From a virus (lineage: Duplodnaviria; Caudoviricetes), in IMG/VR virus record IMGVR_UViG_3300021133_000001, positions 32,001 through 96,000 of that record: DNA of 64,000 nt. One strand, 5' to 3'. A program made the position numbers and the translations under genes. Shown here piece by piece: positions 58,401-64,000 of this stretch (position 1 is its first letter; each line of letters starts with the position of its first letter). The notes below the pieces were generated by a model. The model saw only the letters and a program-made list of their open reading frames with translations. It was not told where the DNA came from and did not search any database.

Positions 58401-59119
58401 TTTTGGTCACTCGTTACTTCTTCTAAAAAGTATGTTCTACCATATAAAGAACCACCTGCAGGACCAGAAACACCAGACCAACCACTAATACCTGAAAAAC
58501 CAGAAGCACCTGAAAAACCAGAAGTACCATTTATACCAGAAAAACCAGAAGTACCGGTGTAACCAGACACCCCACTAAAACCAGACCAACCACTTGTACC
58601 ACTATAACCTGATTGCCCGGTGTAACCGCTTATACCAGAAAAGCCTGATATACCAGAAAAGCCTGATTGACCGCTATAACCTGTAAAACCACTTGCACCA
58701 CTAAAGCCAGAAGTACCGCTAAAACCGGAAACACCTGTATAACCACTTATACCACTGTAACCGCTAAAACCAGAGCTACCTTGAGCTCCTTGTGTGCCTT
58801 GAGCACCTTGTGGACCGGTAGCACCCTGCGGACCAGTACCTTGAGCACCAGTTGCACCTTGAGCTCCCTGTGCACCATTAATACCATTTGTGCCATTAGT
58901 ACCGTTTTGACCGGAGTAACCTGATAACCCAATACCTTGTGCACCTTGTGAGCCAGTTAAACCACTGTAACCTGATTGACCACTATAACCTGAAGTACCG
59001 CCAGGAGCGCCTTGCACGCCTGGAAAACCAGAAGCACCAGAAGCACCAGAATAACCGGAAAAACCTGAAGCTGCTGCAACAGGTACCATCTCAAGATTTG
59101 TTATTGTTGTTAGTGCCAT
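55499..59119 (-). CDS. Collagen-like tail fibre (GAQ and G[FYI]S repeats) with S74 chaperone
   Basis: Over 200 Gly-X-Y triplets around one globular insert; SSKRYKTNI...IGLIAEDV...[15 protein letters not shown]. Confidence 0.85.
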   Translation of the reverse strand: MALTTITNLEMVPVAAASGFSGYSGASGASGFPGVQGAPGGTSGYSGQSGYSGLTGSQGAQGIGLSGYSGQNGTNGTNGINGAQGAQGATGAQGTGPQGATGPQGAQGTQGAQGSSGFSGYSGISGYTGVSGFSGTSGFSGASGFTGYSGQSGFSGISGFSGISGYTGQSGYSGTSGWSGFSGVSGYTGTSGFSGINGTSGFSGASGFSGISGWSGVSGPAGGSLYGRTYFLEEVTSDQNPAVFEVMALQPGGGGTTVNDDQVVITNTNGISAFGWYLTPPGEPGVVEIPAGLWDIEFYRYALGGPVNFVFSVYTYSMATSATSAFILSADSGVVTDTVSTFQKVGAVSNNVTILSATDRILLQIAAYTSSSTPVSASYQYNGSSVYTVIRTPIGQGVSGASGFSGFSGIGGSGYSGYSSFSGFSGTSGFSGVSGFSGLGLSGFSGYSGQSGFSGTSGFSGAVGASGQSGFSGISGFSGISGYSGTSGISGFSGISGQIGAQGLSGISGYSGFSGISGYTGISGFSGSGVSGYSGAKGSTGAQGAQGVVGPSGYSGINGSTGAQGNQGSQGAQGASGTSGYSGYSGLSGVQGFIGAQGAQGAQGATGGQGSTGATGPQGTQGATGAQGSVGSVGAQGNAGTSGYSGFSGAVGAQGVQGTQGSVGIMGVQGAQGATGAQGTSGISGYSGFSGPQGPQGFVGNQGPQGAAGSPQGAQGSSGYSGFSGNSTSGYSGYSGPVGAQGATGAQGTGPQGAQGASGVSGYSGINGVQGATGAQGNSGYSGYTGISGFSGISGTSGISGYSGYSSFSGFSGISGYSGFSGTSGFSGISGYSGFTGISGFTGISGFSGISGFSGINGAQGAIGAQGTTGTSGYSGYSGPVGPQGFTGLQGAQGAQGATGAQGTGPQGATGAQGASGYSGYSGVNGVQGATGTQGASGYSGYSGLKGSTGATGAQGAQGAQGAQGAQGAGPQGATGAQGATGAQGASGAQGSKGSTGAQGATGAQGITANQTLNTNSYVNFAGVNTSPGGLGIASTGYGIDGSGNVSGYGAYIGAAGITNAGGLTQNNISLFTNTAYFGTGSGAGVHITLASSGDVTAVSYTTTSSKRYKTNIRPLTTTIGNALTVTEQLSGVMYDSSYDVSDTNNIGLIAEDVKLVLPQVVSTSATSAGEVCVGIDYTRLTALLIEAVKELKAEVNTLKQSLSAS

Positions 59120-59120
59120 A

Positions 59121-60149
59121 TTATGTGAGAGGTGCTACAATAACTATTTCTGAATTAGTAGGAGGAACTCCTGTAAAGGTTACGTTATGATTTGGTACAC
59201 TAATAGTATACGCCATACCAGGTGTTTGCAATAACCCGTCAATGGTAACTCTATATTGAGAGGCATCAGTATTAGTAATACTGTTCAAAGGGAACGAGGT
59301 ACTTTGACCATCACCGGAATAGACGTAAACATTGCTCATTGTTGATGTAGTATTATTACTTACAGTTGTACCTACAAAGCCGGATACGCCATAGCAAGGA
59401 TTTAAAGTATTAGCAGCTTGTAGTGCTTGGATAATTAAATTTAAAATATACTCTGAAGGAATATCATATATCGAGGTTTCATAATCACTTGCACTTAAAC
59501 CAGCCCCAAACGTAGTATACTGAGATATATCCACTCTAGGATCTCTATCAAAGTAATTTGCTGTATCGTAAAGTTCTTCAATTTCTACACTAAAAGAATC
59601 CGTTATATCATTTAAATTTGGCAAATACTGTAATAGATCACCATTTGTAATAATGATTTTGTCTGGATCCGGTTTAATGGTAAAAACATTTAATATATAA
59701 GTGTAAAACAAACTAGTGAGATATTCACTAGTACCAATTAAGTTATATTTTAACTTGGAATAAACAATACTATTACGTTGTTCTGCTAGGTAGCGTGATA
59801 CATCTTTTAACTTACGTGCATAATAAACAATAGCTGTTTGTAAGTCTAAATCGTTTGTATAGTTAACAGTACTAAAAAAACGCTGCTCTTCTGGATTACG
59901 TGTTGATAAACCTAGTTGCTGTAAAAAGTTTATATAAAGATTTTTTACATATAACAACTGACCAGCTGGTGTGTTTGCACGGTTTTTATACCAGTTCTGC
60001 AAGTATGTATTATATTGAGCAACCTGAGTCTTACTATCAATATTACTATTATTTTGTAACCATTGTTGATACGAATACGGATTTCCTGTATCGGTTTCGG
60101 TAGTTAATCCGGTGGGTTTTGCAAGGGACTGTATGTTAATAACAGGCAT
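59121..60149 (-). CDS. Hypothetical virion protein
   Basis: C-terminal GDGQSTSF...[10 protein letters not shown]...VTFTGVPP domain common in myophage structural proteins; TAAGTA upstream. Confidence 0.7.
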   Translation of the reverse strand: MPVINIQSLAKPTGLTTETDTGNPYSYQQWLQNNSNIDSKTQVAQYNTYLQNWYKNRANTPAGQLLYVKNLYINFLQQLGLSTRNPEEQRFFSTVNYTNDLDLQTAIVYYARKLKDVSRYLAEQRNSIVYSKLKYNLIGTSEYLTSLFYTYILNVFTIKPDPDKIIITNGDLLQYLPNLNDITDSFSVEIEELYDTANYFDRDPRVDISQYTTFGAGLSASDYETSIYDIPSEYILNLIIQALQAANTLNPCYGVSGFVGTTVSNNTTSTMSNVYVYSGDGQSTSFPLNSITNTDASQYRVTIDGLLQTPGMAYTISVPNHNVTFTGVPPTNSEIVIVAPLT

Positions 60150-60177
60150 TATTAATACTTACAGTCAGAGTGGTGTT

Positions 60178-60411
60178 TTACCATTTTGAGGCGGGGCATT
60201 TTGACCCCTCTAACCTCACCTTTAAATTCATGTAGCAACCACAAAGACTACATCTACTATTTTCTCCTAAATTAGGACAAGCTGAACATACTTCTATACG
60301 GGCGGTTTGCTTGGCTTCATTCGCAAGTATAGCGCCTTGCTGTTTATACACTTTTACAGTGTTTATTAACGTCTCGGTTAAGTTGAATACGCTTGTTTTA
60401 AGTGTAGCCAC
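60178..60411 (-). CDS. Small Cys-rich metal-binding protein (DUF6171-like)
   Basis: RIEVCSACP...CSLCGCYM..K......CPASKW. Confidence 0.75.
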   Translation of the reverse strand: MATLKTSVFNLTETLINTVKVYKQQGAILANEAKQTARIEVCSACPNLGENSRCSLCGCYMNLKVRLEGSKCPASKW

Positions 60412-60427
60412 ACTTTAATTTACCTTA

Positions 60428-61348
60428 TTATGGTAATTTTGCACTAAGCTGATCAACCTTGGTTGAAAGAGTCTTAACTGCTTCAATTAAGAGAGCTGTT
60501 AAACGACCGTAATCAATACCAACACAAGAACCGTCATCATTAGTTAAAACTACTGCAGGTACTAATGGGAGTACGTCTTCAGCAATAAGACCAATTTCGT
60601 TAGTTGCTGTTAAGTCGATAAGACTATCATAAGCAACTGCACTTAATGCTTTGGTTGTTGCAAGAGGATCGCTAACAACAGCTGTAATTGGTCTAATGTT
60701 TGTTTTACCTGTACGAGAAGATGTTGAAGTAAACGAAAGAGCTGTAATACCAAGCGAGGTAGAAATTGCACTACCGTTATCAGTAATAGAACTGTTTGTT
60801 AATGTAGTTGCACCAGAAAATTTAGCAACTAAATTTGATGTACCACCAGGGCTTACACCAGTAGCACCTTGCGCGCCTTGAGCACCAGTTGCACCCTGCG
60901 CACCTGTTGAACCAGTAGCACCTTGAGCGCCTGTTGCACCTTGAGCGCCAGTTGAACCAGTAGCACCTTGAGCACCGTTAGAACCATTTGTACCTGAGGC
61001 TCCTTGTGCGCCTTGAGCACCGGTTGCACCTGTAGAACCTTTTAAGCCAGAATAACCAGAAGCGCCTTGTGCGCCGGTAGAACCTGTAGCACCTTGTGAA
61101 CCAGTAGCTCCTTGATTGCCTTGAAAACCTTGTGCACCTTGAGCGCCGTTAGCTCCAGAAAAACCAGAAATACCTTGTGCGCCTTGCGCGCCTGTAGCGC
61201 CTGTAGCGCCTTGAGCACCAGTAGAACCCTTACTACCTTGAGCACCGTTTGTGCCGTTTAAGCCTGTAGCGCCTTGAGCACCTTGTGCTCCTTGTGCGCC
61301 TGCGCCTGAATATCCTGAGTATGCGTTTGCTGGATTAAAGTATGCCAT
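60428..61348 (-). CDS. Short collagen-like fibre with S74 chaperone
   Basis: About 50 GAQ/GAT/GST triplets; SSRTGKTNI...IGLIAEDV...[15 protein letters not shown]. Confidence 0.85.
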   Translation of the reverse strand: MAYFNPANAYSGYSGAGAQGAQGAQGATGLNGTNGAQGSKGSTGAQGATGATGAQGAQGISGFSGANGAQGAQGFQGNQGATGSQGATGSTGAQGASGYSGLKGSTGATGAQGAQGASGTNGSNGAQGATGSTGAQGATGAQGATGSTGAQGATGAQGAQGATGVSPGGTSNLVAKFSGATTLTNSSITDNGSAISTSLGITALSFTSTSSRTGKTNIRPITAVVSDPLATTKALSAVAYDSLIDLTATNEIGLIAEDVLPLVPAVVLTNDDGSCVGIDYGRLTALLIEAVKTLSTKVDQLSAKLP

Positions 61349-61406
61349 AATAGTATTGGTTACATATTATTTAGTAAACCTAATACTATTTTAACTTATT
61401 ATTTTA

Positions 61407-62060
61407 CTATATAGTTTGCCTTAAACGCTGCATTGGATATACAGGTACATCTAGTCTGCTTATAAAGAATACTAAAGTTAATCTTTCAGTTGTATCTTCC
61501 CCTACATATTCATTAGCTGTATGATATAAATGGGAGTCAAATGAAAGCAGTCTATTAAATTTATTTTTAATAATAATAGAATCAGTAAATTGATTGTTAT
61601 TTTGCTGTCTAAGAGTATTGATATCCCCTTTATAATTCTTAGGGTCTGCAATAAATTTACGCTTTTCTTCTCCGTTAATTAATTGTGTACCAGGTACTTT
61701 AGGTTCACATATAGAAGTACCTGAATTTTCATCTCCATCCGGGTTAAGATACACAATACCTGTTATAATATCATTATCTTTATGTACCCAACCAGATTTA
61801 AAATCCTTGTTTACTTTTTGAAAATATGCTTTAGCAAAGTAATTTTTTATATCCGCAATAGGGTAATATATAGAAAGAAACTTAAAAATAGTATAATAAT
61901 GTAAATTTGCGTTAATATTTATTAATAAATCCGATCTGGTTCCAGGCCACATTTTGTTGGGGTCTGGCGAAAAGTTTTGTACTAATGCAAACTCTCTTAC
62001 TTTGTAAGGATCTTCAAAGAATCCGTCTATAACTGAAGTAGGAATAATATAATTTTGCAT
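61407..62060 (-). CDS. DUF6445-like 2OG-Fe(II) oxygenase
   Basis: IDGFFEDPYKVR, WPGTRS, GWVHKD, IVYLNP, NKFNRLLSFDSHLYH, RLTLVFF. Confidence 0.75.
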   Translation of the reverse strand: MQNYIIPTSVIDGFFEDPYKVREFALVQNFSPDPNKMWPGTRSDLLININANLHYYTIFKFLSIYYPIADIKNYFAKAYFQKVNKDFKSGWVHKDNDIITGIVYLNPDGDENSGTSICEPKVPGTQLINGEEKRKFIADPKNYKGDINTLRQQNNNQFTDSIIIKNKFNRLLSFDSHLYHTANEYVGEDTTERLTLVFFISRLDVPVYPMQRLRQTI

Positions 62061-62077
62061 AGTTCTATGATAAGTTA

Positions 62078-63454
62078 TTATTTTGAATAGTCAATACCGT
62101 ATAGGTCTAATTCTTGTCGAGCTAATTCTGGTGTAATTTTATCTATACCTGCAAGTATCCAATTATAGAGAGATGCCCCTACACTGCCATAATAGTAATC
62201 ATATTGCAATCCACCAGGTACTGTATGTTTACATCTTTCTAATAGATCAGCCACAAAAGGTGTTATAGTTTTGCCTGATTTTATATAACGCCAAAACTCG
62301 GAATCATCTCTACCGCCTTGATAGTGTAGTACTAAGAAATCTAGTACATCATCATATAATTTACACATTTTTTTATTATAATATTTTCTGTTAACGTCAA
62401 TTAATGTACTCGTCGCGTCCGGTCTTAAATATTCCATAAACGTTAATAATTGTACTATTGTGGTGTGAATAGAAGTAGCCTCTAAAGGCTCAGCAAATGC
62501 TGCAGCTAGACCTAACACTAAGCAGTTACTTTCCCACAAAGTTTCGCACCTACCGCTATCAAAGCTTATATGTCTTATAGGCTCTATTTTTCTACCCAAT
62601 GCAGTTTCGACCTCTTGCTGTGCTTGATCAGGTGTAATGCAGTTTGATTGATAAACATACCCGCAGCCTATTCTTTCTGTGGTAGGTATTTGCCACATCC
62701 ACCCCGAACTTAATGCATGTGCTATGGTTACCGGTCTTGGGCGGTTATCTTCATCTATAGGTAATAAAAATGGCATTGCTCGGTCAACAGGCAAATGAGA
62801 AGCATATGTTTTCCATTTAACTTCTAGAGCATTCATTAGTACTCTCTTAAAACCGGTACAGTCCACGAAAAGATCTCCTTCAAGTTCTTGGCCGTTGTTT
62901 AAACGTATTTTTGTTATTACGTTCTTTTCGTTAATCCCCACATCATTAACAACAGCATCAATTACTGTAATATCGTCTTTAAGTACTTTTTTAAAATGTG
63001 CACCTATTTTAAATGCATTAAAATGATACGCAGAAATAAGAGATATATTACCTTCAGAGTAAATTTTACCAAATTCTGAGGCTTTATGCATACCTTCTTT
63101 GCCTTCTTTAATAAAAGATTTTAAGAAATGTATATCAGGGCTTGATGTGCCGGTTCTCGTGCCGTCAAGCGGTGCAAAGTAACTATCTCCAGCTGGTGTC
63201 CAGTTTTTATGTAATATACCTAGTTTAACTGTCCCGTCAACGTCGTTTAAAAAGTTAGATATAGTAGTACCAGTTTTAAACCAGTGATTTGATAGTACGT
63301 TTACCAGCATTCCAGTTGAGCCTTCTCCAGCACCAATAATACTAATTTGACTAGACTCAACAACAGTGACTTTGTGCTTACCTAATTGTGCTTTAGTAAA
63401 AAATAAAGCAGCAAGCCACCCAGCTGTACCACCACCCACTATTACTATGTTCAT
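62078..63454 (-). CDS. Flavin-dependent tryptophan-halogenase (PrnA-like) family protein
   Basis: IVGGGTAGW, IGAGEGS, TVKLGI (catalytic Lys), FVDCTGF, GWMWQIP (WxWxIP), FAEPLEATSI. Confidence 0.88.
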   Translation of the reverse strand: MNIVIVGGGTAGWLAALFFTKAQLGKHKVTVVESSQISIIGAGEGSTGMLVNVLSNHWFKTGTTISNFLNDVDGTVKLGILHKNWTPAGDSYFAPLDGTRTGTSSPDIHFLKSFIKEGKEGMHKASEFGKIYSEGNISLISAYHFNAFKIGAHFKKVLKDDITVIDAVVNDVGINEKNVITKIRLNNGQELEGDLFVDCTGFKRVLMNALEVKWKTYASHLPVDRAMPFLLPIDEDNRPRPVTIAHALSSGWMWQIPTTERIGCGYVYQSNCITPDQAQQEVETALGRKIEPIRHISFDSGRCETLWESNCLVLGLAAAFAEPLEATSIHTTIVQLLTFMEYLRPDATSTLIDVNRKYYNKKMCKLYDDVLDFLVLHYQGGRDDSEFWRYIKSGKTITPFVADLLERCKHTVPGGLQYDYYYGSVGASLYNWILAGIDKITPELARQELDLYGIDYSK

Positions 63455-63491
63455 AACTATATTTTAATATAGTTTTTTATTTTTTCCAGCT

Positions 63492-63758
63492 TTAAGCTTT
63501 AGCTGACAAATTATACGACCAAATAATTCGATTTTTAATATAATTTATTTGGCCTATGTAATCTATAACTTCTGTGGGTAGATCGACTACGTTATCTGGC
63601 ATAGCTACTAAACCAGTAGCCTCGTAAGCTGAAAGTGGCATGTTACCTGATGATAAGCTTATTGAATCGGTGTACAGTTGCATCGCAAACGCAGATAACA
63701 ACGGTACATTGTAATAATCTTGTATATGATTTACGTATGAGTTTGGTATATTGGCCAT
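63492..63758 (-). CDS. Small hypothetical protein, probably fibre-associated
   Basis: 88 aa, three LSA motifs. Confidence 0.65.
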   Translation of the reverse strand: MANIPNSYVNHIQDYYNVPLLSAFAMQLYTDSISLSSGNMPLSAYEATGLVAMPDNVVDLPTEVIDYIGQINYIKNRIIWSYNLSAKA

Positions 63759-63762
63759 ATTA

Positions 63763-64000
63763 TTACCTTACATAAAGTTCTACTCTTGCTGATCTGTTTA
63801 TACCGGTTTGATTTTGACAGCAAGCAACATAGTCTCCAGCTGAATAATTACCGAAATTACCTGCCATTCCTAAACCACCAGAAACGTCGTCAGAACCAGC
63901 AGCTCCACTATTAAACAATGTAGAAGGGTCACTATATTGCCCTTCACCGTTTTCATTCCAACCAAACCCCCAACGCACCGCTGCCCCACCACCGTAACCC
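63763..64000 (-). CDS. C-terminal end of a fibrinogen-like/lectin-type tail-associated protein (partial)
   Basis: Frame open to the window end: GYGGGAAVRWGFGWNENG...SAGDYVACC...ARVELYVR. Confidence 0.55.
   Translation of the reverse strand, partial: GYGGGAAVRWGFGWNENGEGQYSDPSTLFNSGAAGSDDVSGGLGMAGNFGNYSAGDYVACCQNQTGINRSARVELYVR

Noticed and set aside
150-61245. Short opposite-strand or alternate-frame ORFs in the track (e.g. 150..398, 3730..3984, 4702..5028, 5686..6150, 13788..14039, 17841..18308, 56087..59190, 60651..61245)
   Set aside because: Shadow frames of real genes, mostly from low-complexity codon repeats; no independent motifs or expression signals.
1-64000. Alternative genetic code or bacterial chromosomal origin
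   Set aside because: Recognisable genes are full length under the standard code; late promoters, S74 fibres and lack of housekeeping genes point to a phage.

Overview
AT-rich, densely coding 64-kb segment of a large tailed dsDNA phage, most likely a T4-like myovirus infecting a Gram-negative host. The phage call rests on T4-type late promoters (TATAAATA/TAARTA), three tail fibres ending in S74 intramolecular chaperones and many short hypothetical ORFs. The host call rests on an outer-membrane CsgG lipoprotein and an autotransporter. Most genes are on the minus strand and the standard code appears to be used. In order: (1) a host-envelope island (1-19.8 kb) with an FG-GAP protein, an autotransporter, an Ala-rich protein with a strong -1 frameshift signal and a glycan cluster (GT2s, glf, APS-kinase/nucleotidyltransferase fusion); (2) within it, the best candidate for an undescribed system: a curli module (csgF, csgG, curlin) followed by a FecR-domain protein and a CHASE2 receptor adenylate cyclase, transcribed back-to-back with a cNMP-binding membrane protein from a symmetric late promoter pair; (3) a tailoring-enzyme cluster (radical SAM, 2 SGNH, carbamoyltransferase, methyltransferase, GTs, UDP-sugar dehydrogenase); (4) small early genes and three candidate structured RNAs in the window; (5) a tail/fibre region (38.7-64 kb) with collagen-like fibres, a poly-Thr adhesin beside a ppGalNAc-transferase-like enzyme, strong L-S-[A/G] tripeptide enrichment, a halogenase and a 2OG oxygenase. 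No rRNA, tRNA, CRISPR array, reverse transcriptase or transposase was seen. All calls come from reading motifs by eye; no database search was run.
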